Below, piece after piece: positions 45,252 through 57,083 of a DNA stretch of 64,000 nt. The notes beneath the pieces are model-generated. The model was given only the letters and a program-made list of their open reading frames with translations. It was not told the DNA's origin and ran no database searches. The DNA is from Escherichia coli (GTDB lineage Bacteria > Pseudomonadota > Gammaproteobacteria > Enterobacterales > Enterobacteriaceae). Within the stretch, counting starts at the first letter, position 1; the number at the start of each line of letters is the position of its first letter. The DNA lies in assembly GCF_003334305.1 (NCBI RefSeq), contig NZ_QOWS01000003.1. One strand, given 5' to 3'. The position numbers and the translations under genes were made by a program.

Positions 45252-46916
45252 ATGTTAAAACGTATCAAGATCGTGACCAGCTTACTGCTGGTTTTGGCTG
45301 TTTTTGGCCTTTTACAACTGACATCAGGCGGTCTGTTCTTTAATGCCTTAAAGAATGACAAAGAAAATTTCACTGTTTTACAAACCATTCGCCAGCAGCA
45401 ATCCACGCTGAATGGCAGCTGGGTCGCGTTGTTGCAGACGCGTAACACCCTCAACCGCGCGGGTATCCGCTACATGATGGATCAGAATAATATTGGTAGC
45501 GGTTCAACCGTTGCTGAGCTGATGCAGAGTGCCAGTATTTCGCTGAAACAGGCGGAAAAAAACTGGGCGGATTACGAAGCGTTGCCGCGTGACCCGCGTC
45601 AGAGCACCGCCGCAGCGGCAGAGATCAAACGTAATTACGATATTTATCACAATGCGCTGGCGGAGCTGATCCAACTATTAGGGGCAGGCAAAATCAACGA
45701 GTTCTTTGATCAGCCGACCCAGGGATATCAGGACGGTTTCGAGAAGCAGTATGTGGCTTACATGGAGCAAAACGATCGGCTCTATGATATCGCCGTCAGC
45801 GATAACAATGCCTCCTACAGCCAGGCTATGTGGATTCTGGTGGGCGTGATGATCGTCGTACTGGCGGTCATCTTCGCCGTCTGGTTCGGTATTAAAGCCT
45901 CGCTGGTAGCGCCAATGAATCGCCTGATTGACAGCATTCGTCATATTGCAGGCGGCGATCTGGTGAAACCGATTGAGGTGGATGGCTCTAATGAGATGGG
46001 GCAACTGGCAGAGAGTTTGCGCCATATGCAGGGAGAGCTGATGCGTACCGTCGGTGATGTGCGCAACGGGGCCAATGCCATCTATAGCGGTGCCAGCGAA
46101 ATCGCCACCGGCAATAACGATCTCTCTTCGCGCACCGAGCAACAGGCCGCTTCGCTGGAAGAGACGGCAGCCAGCATGGAGCAACTGACCGCAACGGTGA
46201 AGCAGAACGCCGAAAATGCGCGCCAGGCCAGCCATCTGGCGTTAAGTGCTTCTGAAACGGCGCAACGCGGCGGCAAAGTGGTGGATAACGTGGTGCAGAC
46301 TATGCGCGATATCTCCACCAGTTCGCAGAAAATCGCCGATATTATCAGCGTAATTGACGGCATTGCCTTCCAGACCAATATTCTGGCTTTGAACGCGGCG
46401 GTTGAGGCTGCGCGTGCGGGTGAGCAAGGGCGCGGTTTTGCGGTGGTTGCGGGAGAAGTGCGTAATCTGGCCCAGCGTAGCGCCCAGGCGGCTCGTGAAA
46501 TTAAAAGCCTGATTGAAGACTCGGTGGGGAAAGTGGATGTTGGCTCTACGCTGGTCGAAAGCGCCGGGGAAACAATGGCGGAGATTGTCAGTGCTGTGAC
46601 CCGCGTGACGGACATTATGGGCGAAATAGCTTCTGCTTCTGATGAGCAGAGCCGTGGTATCGATCAGGTTGGCTTAGCGGTTGCTGAGATGGACCGGGTA
46701 ACTCAACAGAACGCCGCGCTGGTGGAAGAATCTGCCGCCGCCGCCGCCGCGCTGGAAGAGCAGGCCAGTCGCCTGACCGAAGCTGTGGCAGTGTTCCGGA
46801 TTCAGCAACAGCAGCAACAGCAGCGTGAAACATCGGCTGTGGTAAAAACCGTGACGCCAGCTACGCCGCGTAAAATGGCAGTGGCAGATAGCGGGGAGAA
46901 CTGGGAAACGTTTTAA
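45252..46916 (+). CDS. tsr: Methyl-accepting chemotaxis protein I (serine chemoreceptor)
   Basis: 554-aa ORF; two TM segments, HAMP, methylation helices, C-terminal NWETF pentapeptide; recognised Tsr. Confidence 0.9.
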   Translation: MLKRIKIVTSLLLVLAVFGLLQLTSGGLFFNALKNDKENFTVLQTIRQQQSTLNGSWVALLQTRNTLNRAGIRYMMDQNNIGSGSTVAELMQSASISLKQAEKNWADYEALPRDPRQSTAAAAEIKRNYDIYHNALAELIQLLGAGKINEFFDQPTQGYQDGFEKQYVAYMEQNDRLYDIAVSDNNASYSQAMWILVGVMIVVLAVIFAVWFGIKASLVAPMNRLIDSIRHIAGGDLVKPIEVDGSNEMGQLAESLRHMQGELMRTVGDVRNGANAIYSGASEIATGNNDLSSRTEQQAASLEETAASMEQLTATVKQNAENARQASHLALSASETAQRGGKVVDNVVQTMRDISTSSQKIADIISVIDGIAFQTNILALNAAVEAARAGEQGRGFAVVAGEVRNLAQRSAQAAREIKSLIEDSVGKVDVGSTLVESAGETMAEIVSAVTRVTDIMGEIASASDEQSRGIDQVGLAVAEMDRVTQQNAALVEESAAAAAALEEQASRLTEAVAVFRIQQQQQQQRETSAVVKTVTPATPRKMAVADSGENWETF

Positions 46917-46927
46917 TCGCCATAAAA

Positions 46928-46957
46928 ATGCCCGATAAGCAAAATGTTATCGGGCAT
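46928..46957. terminator. Bidirectional stem-loop terminator between tsr and lgoT
   Basis: atgcccgataa-gcaaaatg-ttatcgggcat hairpin; followed by a T-run in the lgoT sense. Confidence 0.6.
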
Positions 46958-46964
46958 AGGGAGA

Positions 46965-48326
46965 TTAATCTTTACGTGGGTCGTTGATCGGCTGACGAAC
47001 CAGGAAGATGTACGCCAGTGCCCCCGCTGCGGTGACGCAACCGCAGATGATTAGTGCCAGACGGAATGAGTGGGTGGTATCAACAATAAAACCAGTAATG
47101 ATCGGCGCAAAAGAGGCGCAGATGAAGCTGGCAAAGTTCTGGATACTGCCCACCGACGCAGTCATGCGAGAAGCAACTGCGACGTGGATCAAGCCCCAGC
47201 AGGATGTTCCGGCAAAGTGAATACAGAACAGTGCCATGCCAATCAGCAGAACCGCTGTCATGGATGTTGTCGCTTGCGGTACGACCAGCGTAAAGGCGGC
47301 AGAACAGAACATCCCGGCAATAATGCAGATCTTACGGCTTTTAATCGGAGCCATTCCCCCTTTGACCAGCCAGTCAGTAACGTAACCGTTGACCAGCATC
47401 CCGGCAGCCCCAAACAGGAAAGGGATAGCCGCCATCAACCCTGTGCTTTTTAAATCCAGGTTATAGGCTGTTTGCAGGTAACCAGGAAGCCAGGCCAGAT
47501 ACAGCCACGCAGTGTAGTTGATGCCACTGAATCCGAGCATCATTCCCCACATTGTGCGGTTACGGAACAGGCTGCGCCATTCGGCAAAACTGAGCGGATC
47601 TCGGCGGGCATTGACGCTACCTGCATTGAGATAAGCTTGTTCAACGGCAGTCAGTTCTACGTGCTCGCGGTTGCGATAGAGCATATACCAGCCAATGGCG
47701 AGAAAAATCCCCAGCACACCAATGGTAATAAACATCCCACGCCAGCCCATCACCAGCATCATCGCCGCCAGAATCGGTGGGCTTACGGCAACGCCAATGG
47801 TAGAAGCTGCGTTGAAGAAGCCCATCGGGCGTCCGCGCTCTTTGATGTTGAACCAGTCGTTAATGACTTTTACGCCACATGGGTTCATCGGCGCTTCACC
47901 AATCCCCATACCGATACGCACCAACACGAACTGCGTAAAGCTGTGCACCATGCCAGACATGGCCTGGAACAGTGACCAGAAGAACATCCCCAGTCCCAGC
48001 ATCAGGCGTGGGCCTTTACGATCCAATAGTGGGCCGCAAGGAAGTTGCGCAATCCCGTAAGCGAGTGAAAACACGGAGAGCAAAGCGCCGATTTCGGTGG
48101 CACTTAATCCCAATTCTTCACGAATCGTTAAATTTGCTACCGACAGCGAACTGCGGTCGAGATAATTGATTACCGCCGCAAAAAATAATAACAACATGGC
48201 GGTGGTTTGAATGCGTTTAATTCGGGTACTGCGTTGAACTAATCCATCTGGTGGCACGGGAATATCTGCCGACGAAGATGGAGTAAATGAAGAACGCGGA
48301 TCGAGGGTGATATTTTCTTTTTCCAC
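46965..48326 (-). CDS. lgoT: L-galactonate MFS transporter
   Basis: 453-aa polytopic ORF; recognised LgoT (YjjL). Confidence 0.85.
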   Translation of the reverse strand: MEKENITLDPRSSFTPSSSADIPVPPDGLVQRSTRIKRIQTTAMLLLFFAAVINYLDRSSLSVANLTIREELGLSATEIGALLSVFSLAYGIAQLPCGPLLDRKGPRLMLGLGMFFWSLFQAMSGMVHSFTQFVLVRIGMGIGEAPMNPCGVKVINDWFNIKERGRPMGFFNAASTIGVAVSPPILAAMMLVMGWRGMFITIGVLGIFLAIGWYMLYRNREHVELTAVEQAYLNAGSVNARRDPLSFAEWRSLFRNRTMWGMMLGFSGINYTAWLYLAWLPGYLQTAYNLDLKSTGLMAAIPFLFGAAGMLVNGYVTDWLVKGGMAPIKSRKICIIAGMFCSAAFTLVVPQATTSMTAVLLIGMALFCIHFAGTSCWGLIHVAVASRMTASVGSIQNFASFICASFAPIITGFIVDTTHSFRLALIICGCVTAAGALAYIFLVRQPINDPRKD

Positions 48327-48540
48327 GCCGGACTCCTGTATTTATAATTTTAATTGTTTACGTAATTGTGAATTACGCAAGGTTGACATTAACGGCAGGT
48401 TAAAGTTTTAGGACTTTACTACCGCTCACAAAAAAATTTTTAGTCGACTGATTGTGAGCATAGGTAAGCGGGAATTTCCCGGTATTTATCTTTTGATAAA
48501 ACCGTGCACCCGCTAATAGTTTGCTGTTTTTAATCCGTAC

Positions 48541-49455
48541 TTAATGAGCATAACGCGTGTTCTCATTAATGGATCGAATCATTGATTGTTTAGCTGAATT
48601 CAAATGGTTACGGAGCGCAAGGGTGGCATCAAGGTCACTGCGGCAAATCAGAGCGCTGAGAATGGTCATATGCTCATCGACGGCAATGATATTGCGCTGT
48701 TTAAGATCGCTTTCGTCCCATTGATAGTGAAAATGAAAGATGACTGAGATGATCTCAAGCGATTGATCAAAAAAGATATTGTCGGCAGCTGAAAGCAGTA
48801 AGGAGTGAAAATCTCTGTCAAGTTGCGAGAACATGCGAAAGCTATTGCCGATGTTGTCACGCAGTAGCCGATGACGTTCGAGCATGGTTTTCGCCTGCAG
48901 CCAGCGGGGATCATGATCAGGCAGGTTGAGAAAGTGCTGAAGTGAATGTGTTTCGAGCATTTCGCGTAGCTCAAACAGCTGCTCGGCGTAGGATTGATCG
49001 AATTGCTTCATGCTCCACTGGCCGCGTTTTTCGCTTTGAATAAGATTATAACGGCCGAATTTTAAAAGATATTCTCTTACAACCACCGGGCTGACACCCG
49101 CGGCCCGAGCCAGTTGCAGTTCAGAAAAAGTTTCCCCAGGGCGTAACTGACGCTGGTTTATCATCGTGAAAAAAGCCTGCTCAAACACTTTGTTTTGTTC
49201 ACTCATTGAAGCGGTAGTACAGGCGAAACCGTCATCATGGTCAGGTTTACGCGCAATAACATAGTCGTTTCCAACCTGCGTTAAGACGCCGCATTCGCGT
49301 AAGTGGCTGAGAATATGACGCACTGTTGTGCGGCTGATGTTGTACATTTCCGCCAGCGCACTTTGCGATGGAAGTGGGGAAGGGATATGACCCCGCGCCA
49401 TATCATCAATGACCTGGTTAATCACATTGTGGCGTAAATTTTGTGAACGACTCAT
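48541..49455 (-). CDS. lgoR: GntR-family regulator of L-galactonate catabolism
   Basis: 304-aa ORF with N-terminal GntR HTH; recognised LgoR (YjjM). Confidence 0.85.
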   Translation of the reverse strand: MSRSQNLRHNVINQVIDDMARGHIPSPLPSQSALAEMYNISRTTVRHILSHLRECGVLTQVGNDYVIARKPDHDDGFACTTASMSEQNKVFEQAFFTMINQRQLRPGETFSELQLARAAGVSPVVVREYLLKFGRYNLIQSEKRGQWSMKQFDQSYAEQLFELREMLETHSLQHFLNLPDHDPRWLQAKTMLERHRLLRDNIGNSFRMFSQLDRDFHSLLLSAADNIFFDQSLEIISVIFHFHYQWDESDLKQRNIIAVDEHMTILSALICRSDLDATLALRNHLNSAKQSMIRSINENTRYAH

Positions 49456-49593
49456 ATTTTCCTCCTTGTGAGTCCATTAAAACCCGATTTAAAACATTTT
49501 TATGCGTGTGTTTTCACAAAACAGATTTTCCGTTCCGCTGCCATTTTTCATTTTCATTGATATCTAAGGCAACAAAAAATGGAGAGCCGAATC

Positions 49594-50616
49594 ATGTCTA
49601 CGATGAATGTTTTAATTTGCCAGCAGCCGAAAGAATTAGTCTGGAAACAACGCGAGATACCTATTCCGGGTGACAATGAAGCATTAATAAAAATTAAGTC
49701 TGTCGGGATTTGCGGTACCGATATTCATGCCTGGGGTGGAAATCAACCATTTTTTAGTTATCCACGTGTTTTAGGCCATGAAATATGTGGGGAGATTGTT
49801 GGGCTGGGTAAAAATATTGCTGATCTTAAAAATGGTCAGCAAGTTGCTGTGATCCCTTATGTTGCCTGTCAGCAATGCCCGGCGTGTAAAAGCGGGCGTA
49901 CCAATTGCTGTGAAAAAATTTCAGTCATTGGCGTGCATCAGGATGGCGGTTTTAGTGAGTATTTGAGCGTGCCGGTGGCGAACATTTTGCCCGCAGACGG
50001 TATTGACCCGCAGGCGGCCGCATTGATTGAACCTTTCGCTATTAGCGCTCATGCGGTGCGTCGCGCAGCCATTGCTCCCGGCGAGCAGGTGCTGGTGGTC
50101 GGGGCGGGGCCAATCGGTCTGGGCGCGGCGGCAATCGCTAAAACCGATGGCGCACAGGTGGTGGTGGCGGATACCAGTCCGGCGCGCCGTGAACATGTGG
50201 CAACGCGTCTGGAATTACCTTTACTGGACCCGTCAGCCGAAGATTTTGACGCGCAGCTACGGGCGCAGTTTGGTGGTTCGCTGGCGCAGAAAGTGATCGA
50301 CGCGACAGGTAATCAACATGCGATGAATAACACCGTGAATTTGATTCGTCACGGCGGCACGGTGGTATTTGTCGGCCTGTTTAAAGGTGAGTTGCAGTTT
50401 TCCGATCCGGAATTCCATAAAAAAGAAACGACGATGATGGGCAGCCGCAACGCCACGCCGGAAGATTTTGCTAAAGTCGGTCGACTGATGGCGGAAGGAA
50501 AAATCACTGCCGACATGATGTTAACCCATCGCTATCCGTTCGCCACGCTGGCAGAAACCTACGAGCGCGATGTGATTAACAATCGTGAGTTGATTAAGGG
50601 TGTAATTACTTTCTGA
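49594..50616 (+). CDS. lgoD: L-galactonate-5-dehydrogenase (Zn-dependent MDR family)
   Basis: 340 aa from MSTMNVLICQQPKEL with GGAGAG RBS; Zn-ADH motifs (GHE, CGTD); divergent from lgoR. Confidence 0.85.
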   Translation: MSTMNVLICQQPKELVWKQREIPIPGDNEALIKIKSVGICGTDIHAWGGNQPFFSYPRVLGHEICGEIVGLGKNIADLKNGQQVAVIPYVACQQCPACKSGRTNCCEKISVIGVHQDGGFSEYLSVPVANILPADGIDPQAAALIEPFAISAHAVRRAAIAPGEQVLVVGAGPIGLGAAAIAKTDGAQVVVADTSPARREHVATRLELPLLDPSAEDFDAQLRAQFGGSLAQKVIDATGNQHAMNNTVNLIRHGGTVVFVGLFKGELQFSDPEFHKKETTMMGSRNATPEDFAKVGRLMAEGKITADMMLTHRYPFATLAETYERDVINNRELIKGVITF

Positions 50617-50714
50617 TAAGGCGAGATTATTAAAGTTGCCATGCAGCGTCCGGGGAAGTGTTGGGCGCTGTTTTTTTTCTGTTTCTCAATGATGTTTTGT
50701 AGGCCGGAGAAGGT

Positions 50715-50743
50715 GTGTAGGTCGCACCTTATGCGACCTACAC
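50715..50743. terminator. Strong hairpin between convergent lgoD and opgB
   Basis: Perfect 12-bp stem gtgtaggtcgca / tgcgacctacac with 5-nt loop, directly adjacent to the opgB stop; REP-like sequence gtaggccgg just upstream. Confidence 0.5.
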
Positions 50744-50755
50744 ATCAGTCAGGAA

Positions 50756-53047
50756 TTACCCTTCACGTTCCACAACTTTAATTTCCACCATGCCGATCCC
50801 GAGCTTACGCGGCGAGTGTCCGAGGATATTCCCTTCGTTGGTTGAGACAGGTTCCGGCGGCACAATTACCAGTGTGTCGGCATCGGTTGGGTTATCGAAA
50901 TGCAGTGTGGTGGTGGTCACTTCATTGCCCAGCACAAGAGTTTGTTCTTCATTGCCTACGCGTACCGGAATAGGACGGCTGGCGTTATTGCCGTATGCTT
51001 TGGCGGTAATCACCAGGTCAAATTTCTTCGGCAGCGGATGCTTGTACTCGATTTTTACTTCATCGCCCAGCTGCGCGTTGGACCAGCGGCCCCACGACTC
51101 TGGACGGGAAATCCCACTAAACTGTTTCACCTCTTCAGGCGCACCGGCGACGTTGAAGATGAAACTGTCGGCTTTGTAGCGAATATCGTTATCAACAATT
51201 TTCAGCGTATCGACATTGCCTTTATAACGCGCCATGTCGATGACCGTATCTTTAAATGCCGTTTTGCCCTGCCATGTTGTTTTGTCAACATGCTGAACAA
51301 TTTGCTGACCGCCAAGCTGCCCTTGCGAGACACACCAGTCGGTGGAGAGTGCCAGTTCCGGAGCCCAGAGTTGTGCCATCTTATAGCAACGGTCAACCCA
51401 GACGAAATTGTCGCGTGGAGCGAAATCGGCCAGCTGGAAACGCAGCGGTGCTGAGTATTCGCTTTCCGGCAGCGGTTCTACGCGCTTGTCTGAAACCCGC
51501 AACAGCAGCGGCAAACGGAAATGGCTACCCGAGAAGGCAATCATGTTTTTCTGCTGGTCGATAGTGAACTCTTTCATCTCTTTAGGGAATTTCCACAGGC
51601 GGATGATATCCGGCTTCCACGCCAATGTTTTCTCTTTGATATTGAGGAAGATTTCCGACATCGACTGCCCGGATAAACTGCTACGACCAAGTCCGAGATA
51701 GTTATCGCCACCGAGAATGTCCAGCACCGTCGCGCCGTTATCCATCGTGTTACGCTTCACTGCCAGCGTCTCTTGCTGCGGCTTGTCGCCACGAATGACA
51801 AAAAACAGGTTATTGCGATCCTGCTTATTAAGGTATTTCCACGCCGTGTTGTTCATCGCTAAATGGTCAGAAGAGACGACGATGACGGTATCTTTAAACC
51901 ACGGTGACGCTTTGATTTTGTTGATAAACGCCGCGATATTCTCCTGGCTGCAACTTACCGCGCTGAATGACTGGTTCGGCTTACCGTCAAAATCATATTT
52001 TTTGCGGTTACAGGTACGCGAGATAAAACCATCCGGGTGATGGGTATCGACTGTCAGGGTAAACAGTGAGAATCGCTGACCTGAGCGGGAAAGCTCTTCA
52101 AACTTTTTCCACGCTTCATCGAGAACGGTATCGTCGTAGAATCCCCAGTCGTTGCGATAGTGCGGGTCGGCCACCACGCTTTTCAGCTCTTCTGAGCCGT
52201 ATAAGTGGTCGAAGCCATGCGACTTCAGGAACACATCTTTACCGGCAAAACGCAGATTCGCGCCCTGCACGAAATAGTTCTGATAACCCGAGTTTTTCAG
52301 GATATCGCCCAGACAGATGTTCTGCGGGAAGAAGCTGGAGACAGAGGCGGAGGCGTTGCCTTCAAAGGGGGCAAACAGCGGTATGCCGCACTGAGAAGCC
52401 ACCATGCCCGCAATCGTGTAATCCGTTCCTGGCAGCTGCTGCGTGTGGCTGAAATCCAGGCCTTCATTTTTCAACGCGCCCAGTTCAGGCGTGAGATCCG
52501 GGAAAGCTTCGTTATCAAAATAGGTCCGCTCGAGACTTTCGCCGTAGATATAAACCAGGTTGAGTTTCGGGTCAGGGATAGTTTTCGACGGCTCTTTATA
52601 ATAAGCCGCAAAGTCCGGGTCGCCATCGCGTGACTGGGATTTCACCAGTTCCGTTATCTGACGAAATGCCGGGCTGGCGTCCACCGAACCCAGCGCCAGT
52701 AAGAGCGCCAGCAGGCTGTAACCAAAATGGTGCGGATGATGGCGACGACGGCGCAGGATCCAGCCCAGCGCACCGAACACCGCTGTCAGCCCCAGCACAA
52801 TGCCGATACCCGGCAGGATGTATTTGCTGACGCCAGCACCGGTCAGGCTGTTGGTTAAGGTATAGAGAACCGCGTCGTTAATACCATCGCCAGTAAAATA
52901 GTCGCTGGCAAACAGGGTGATATTTAAAACGACAAATAGCCCCAGCACCGTTAATGTGGCTGCAAACCACCAGGTGTTACGTCCCGCTTTCCATGCGTAA
53001 ATCAGCACAGAGGCGAGAAAAAGGGCGAAAGAGAGTAGTTCTGACAA
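50756..53047 (-). CDS. opgB: Phosphoglycerol transferase I (osmoregulated periplasmic glucan biosynthesis)
   Basis: 763-aa ORF; N-terminal TM segments plus sulfatase-like domain; recognised OpgB (MdoB). Confidence 0.9.
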
Positions 53048-53300
53048 CGGGCGATCCTCACTAAACCGGGCCGTTTAGCCAACGTTTAAGCTTTTTGAGA
53101 AGCACAATGTAATGGCGTCGCCATATTGCTGCAATTCTAGTGTCAAAAAAATGCGATGTTGTTAGGAATTAGTTTATAAACAGACTTTTTTGATCGCGGT
53201 CGCTTCCCGTGTAACAGGGGGAAAACCGTCCAGGAGCAGGGAAAAGGGCAGGAGAGAGCCGCGTCAGCCGGGTAACAGCTAAAACGCGGCGTTTCGCGGT

Positions 53301-53798
53301 TCAGGAAATGAAGTTCAGCCCCTGCTTTAACACCAGATCGCAGGCTTTGGTTTTCACCTTTTCTGCCAGCGGAGTCGTTCCGATGTTATCCAGATTGAGT
53401 TGCTGACCATCTTTGGTTTTCAGCAAACCCTGAATGCCGTCCAGATAGTTGGTGTCTTCTTTTTGCTCTTCACTGTTCAGGCCCAGCTTTTCCAGCATCT
53501 GGTTCTTGATGTTTTCGGCATCGGTTACCGAAGCCAGCTTTTGCTTCGCGCAGTATTGCAGAATGCCTGCGGCATTGTTCATGTTATCTGCGCTTAAGGC
53601 CTGGTTTCCGCTGCTAAGCAAGTTAGTTAATGACGCGAGCGACCAACCGCCTTCCTGTGTCGTACTGTTTTGGTTGCCAAGTTCGCTGGCGGCGCTGGAG
53701 AGCGCATCTTTCCAGGACGCAGCATGCACCCCGGTGGAAATTAATGCGCTGGCGGCAATGGCACAGCACAGAAGATGTTTAACAGTTTTCATCATCAT
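53301..53798 (-). CDS. yjjA: Uncharacterised secreted protein YjjA
   Basis: About 164 aa with signal peptide (KTVKHLLCCAIAASALISTGVHA); which of the three N-terminal Met codons is the start is unresolved. Confidence 0.75.
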   Translation of the reverse strand: MMMKTVKHLLCCAIAASALISTGVHAASWKDALSSAASELGNQNSTTQEGGWSLASLTNLLSSGNQALSADNMNNAAGILQYCAKQKLASVTDAENIKNQMLEKLGLNSEEQKEDTNYLDGIQGLLKTKDGQQLNLDNIGTTPLAEKVKTKACDLVLKQGLNFIS

Positions 53799-53843
53799 TA
53801 CTCAAGGTGGAATTGTGTCGGAGTATACCGCCAGAAACGGGGA

Positions 53844-54581
53844 TTAATACTCTTTACCTGTTACCCGGCTACGGTAGCTATCCCAGTTGAAGATCACCCA
53901 CAAACTGTTACCCAGGCGCATACGGTCCATCACGCGTTCGCCCAGCAACTTGGTCATCTCTTCCATATTACTGTTGGTCAGCATCCCGGTTGGGCGTTTG
54001 GAAGAAGAGCGGCGATCGACGATCTGGTTGATGATCACTTTTTCGTATTTCGATTCGGTCTGCACGCCGATCTCATCGATCACCAGCAGATCAACGTTGC
54101 TCAGATCGTTAAGCAGTTGTTCTTCACTGGTACCGCTATTCCTGAAGGTATCTTTCATCGCCGACATAATATCGGCCACGGTGATGATCAATACGGATTT
54201 ACCGCGTAGCAGCAGCTCGTTGCAGATTGCCGCCGCCAGATGGTTTTTGCCGGTTCCTGGCTTACCAGAAAAGATAAAGCTGGCGATGTTGCCGTCAAAC
54301 TCTTCGACATACTGGCGCGCTTTGCTTAACGCATTCATCTGCCCTTCACACTCAACGCGATAGTTCTCAAAGGAGCAGTTCTGATGCAGTGGACGAATAC
54401 CGGAGCGGTTAAAGGTGCGCTGCATTTTCATCGCCCGATTTTCACGTTCGAGAGCGGCGGAGCGGATCGCCCCTTGTTCTTTTTGCCAGGCCAGTAGTTC
54501 TTCACCCGTTTTGAATGCGGGTTTGATATGGGCAGGCATCATTTTTTGCAGGCGTTGCATCAGGTCGCCAACGTTTTTCAT
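53844..54581 (-). CDS. dnaC: DNA replication protein DnaC (helicase loader)
   Basis: 245-aa ORF with Walker A motif GKPGTGKNHLAAA; recognised DnaC. Confidence 0.9.
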   Translation of the reverse strand: MKNVGDLMQRLQKMMPAHIKPAFKTGEELLAWQKEQGAIRSAALERENRAMKMQRTFNRSGIRPLHQNCSFENYRVECEGQMNALSKARQYVEEFDGNIASFIFSGKPGTGKNHLAAAICNELLLRGKSVLIITVADIMSAMKDTFRNSGTSEEQLLNDLSNVDLLVIDEIGVQTESKYEKVIINQIVDRRSSSKRPTGMLTNSNMEEMTKLLGERVMDRMRLGNSLWVIFNWDSYRSRVTGKEY

Positions 54582-54583
54582 CG

Positions 54584-55123
54584 TTACCCTCTGAATCCTG
54601 GTGGAATTTGGCTGTCAGGTTCACTGACCGTATTCACATCTCGTTTCGGCAGTCCGCCGTTGCTGGCACGACCGATTTGCAGGCTGCGCGCCAGTTTTTG
54701 TTGCCACTGTACATGGTGAAAGACTTTACCTTCCGCCTGCCAGTAGGCAATGAATGAGGTCAGTTCTTCGGTGGTCACCGGCTCTCTTAGCGCCACGCCC
54801 CATAGCGCCGCCAGGCGGATAAAGTCGGCATCGGGTTGCCAGTCCGGATACATGGCGAATTTCCCCATGGGTACAGCAACGGGAGCAGCTTGCGGTTCCT
54901 GATAGAGTTGATCGTCCAGAGCGACATCGCTTCCCGGACGCGCCAGCTTTTCTTCCAGCGCCAGCAGTTCAGCCAGGCGTGCAGGCGTGACGGCATAAAA
55001 CGCCGGGGCATTGTTAGCAAATACGGCAACCACACCGCCTTCAGCTTTTGCCAGAACGGTTTGGTGATCGTGTACCAGGGCGTCAATACCAACGACGTCC
55101 GGGGTCAAAACTCTGGAAGACAT
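54584..55123 (-). CDS. dnaT: Primosomal protein DnaT
   Basis: 179 aa from [16 protein letters not shown]; 2-nt gap to dnaC indicates the dnaTC operon. Confidence 0.9.
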
Positions 55124-55230
55124 ACTGTTTCTCAAATATGGAACGATGAACGAGAAGGGAGATAACTTTTATAGTAACACACGGAGGAGAGGTGGCTGTC
55201 TCTCATCCGCGTGCTTTAAGCGAGGCAATT

Positions 55231-55704
55231 TTATACGCGAGGGCGCTTGCGGTACAACCATAATCCAGGAATGGAAAGACCGATGGATAACGCACCAACA
55301 ATCGATGAAGCTGTAAGAAAGTTGGTTAACAGGGTAATCATCAACGGTTCGCTGTAACCTAACTGGCTGATTTTTACCGCCGAAATCATTGCGGTATAAG
55401 CCGATATGCCCGGGAACATAGGGATAACGGCCGCCACGGTAAACACTTTCGGATGCGCCAGATACCAGCGCGACCATTGAATACCAATGGTGCCGACCAG
55501 CATAGAAGCCATAAAGGTTGACCACTCAATATTCAGCCCGCTGGTCATTAAGATCATTCGTGAACCATGACCAATCGCGCCAAGCAGCGCACACCAGCGT
55601 AATGCCCGAACGGGAACGTTGAACACCATCGCAAAGCCGACCGCTGGAATGGCGGCGAGGATCATATCCTGCGCCAATGCAAACAGAAACTCGATCACAC
55701 CCAT
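55231..55704 (-). CDS. yjjB: Inner-membrane protein YjjB (putative succinate exporter subunit)
   Basis: 157 aa from [16 protein letters not shown]; hydrophobic; overlaps the yjjP 3' end by 10 nt. Confidence 0.8.
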   Translation of the reverse strand: MGVIEFLFALAQDMILAAIPAVGFAMVFNVPVRALRWCALLGAIGHGSRMILMTSGLNIEWSTFMASMLVGTIGIQWSRWYLAHPKVFTVAAVIPMFPGISAYTAMISAVKISQLGYSEPLMITLLTNFLTASSIVGALSIGLSIPGLWLYRKRPRV

Positions 55705-56465
55705 CCGCGTAGCCCCCAAATCGTCAGTGCCATCACCACGCCGACGCAGGTAGCCAGTGTCAGCAGACTGGCGATCGCCCAGCGTGCCAGTCCGGTATTG
55801 ATGTGGCCTTTAAACATATCGGCGACGGCATTTATCAACGGAAATCCCGGCACCAGCAGCAGAACGCTGGCGGCCATCGCAATGGTGGGTGTATTGCTGA
55901 AGGTGGGAAGTTGCAAAAGCAAACCGGAAATAGTGGTGGCGGCGAAAGCGGTGAGGCAAAAGTTGATCTGTGGATGAAGATGACGTTGTGCCAGTAGCTG
56001 GCGGATATACATCGCGGCCGTACTGGCAAAGAAGGTGATGACGGCACCATCCCAGCCACCTTTATTGAGTTTACAGAAACAGGCGCAGGAAAGGCCAACC
56101 ATTAAGGCTACCAGCCATCTTGGGTAACGTAATGGCTGAATTTGGCTAAATCGTTTCTCTACGCCTTTGTAATCCAGCAGATGGTGCTCCGCCAGAATCA
56201 CAATGTGCTGGACTTCAGTCACCACATGCATATTAATGCCGCGATCGTGATTTTTACGTGTCGATGTCAGGCATTGCCCATCTTTAATGGTTGTCAGCAC
56301 TATGGCGTTCGAAGAGATAGAACTTTCAACGCTGTCCATTCCCAGCGCCCGACCCAGTCGTGAGGAAAGCTCATCAACCAACGCGCTTTCCGCACCATGT
56401 TGCAGAAGAAATAATCCACACTGGATACAAAGCCGTGTTACGGCTCGCTGTTGCTCAGTTTGCAT
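55695..56465 (-). CDS. yjjP: Inner-membrane protein YjjP (putative succinate exporter subunit)
   Basis: 256 aa from [18 protein letters not shown]; the longer ORF start is rejected. Confidence 0.8.
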   Translation of the reverse strand: MQTEQQRAVTRLCIQCGLFLLQHGAESALVDELSSRLGRALGMDSVESSISSNAIVLTTIKDGQCLTSTRKNHDRGINMHVVTEVQHIVILAEHHLLDYKGVEKRFSQIQPLRYPRWLVALMVGLSCACFCKLNKGGWDGAVITFFASTAAMYIRQLLAQRHLHPQINFCLTAFAATTISGLLLQLPTFSNTPTIAMAASVLLLVPGFPLINAVADMFKGHINTGLARWAIASLLTLATCVGVVMALTIWGLRGWV

Positions 56466-57083
56466 AACTCGCCCTTTGTCATAGACGTGCTGCGTATTGT
56501 TCAGATAATGAGAATCCATTTGTATCATGAAGCACGGTTGTTTTGCGGTAGGTTAAGATCAAAATTGCGCTGATTAATCCTGGTTATCGGGACAAGCTCG
56601 GTGATAAAAAGCGAATTATCTCTCGCCGCAAACAAACTATCACATGAATATTATCACTATAATGAATTTATTGTTTGGCCTTTACGAATTAGGATAATAG
56701 ATAACCGGGCACGTTTTTTAATGTTAACAAGTTAAAACCATCAGATTTCATTGAATAAATATTGGTTGTGTGATTTTTCATTCTGCGGGAAGGGATATCA
56801 TTTAATTATAAATTAAATGAATGTGATTTCTGTTTTTCATTAAGTATTCCTAACAACTTAATGTAGATATTTTAAATGTCTCCAGGCTATTTCACCAGGT
56901 TATCATTTGATGCTAACCTTCTGACACATGCAGTGGAGTTGTTGTGCAGCAGGAGTATGCTGATATGAAAGTGAATGCTAAGGATAATTTATTCGCTTAA
57001 TCTATTAATTTGCTGGAAACATTTAAGGAATGAATATCCTGAATAAACCATCATGATTTTTAGACAGTGGATGTGGAGGAAAT

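Noticed and set aside
46082-46615. 177-aa ORF on the minus strand
   Set aside because: Antisense to tsr; Ala/Ser/Thr-rich mirror of the MCP methylation-helix region.
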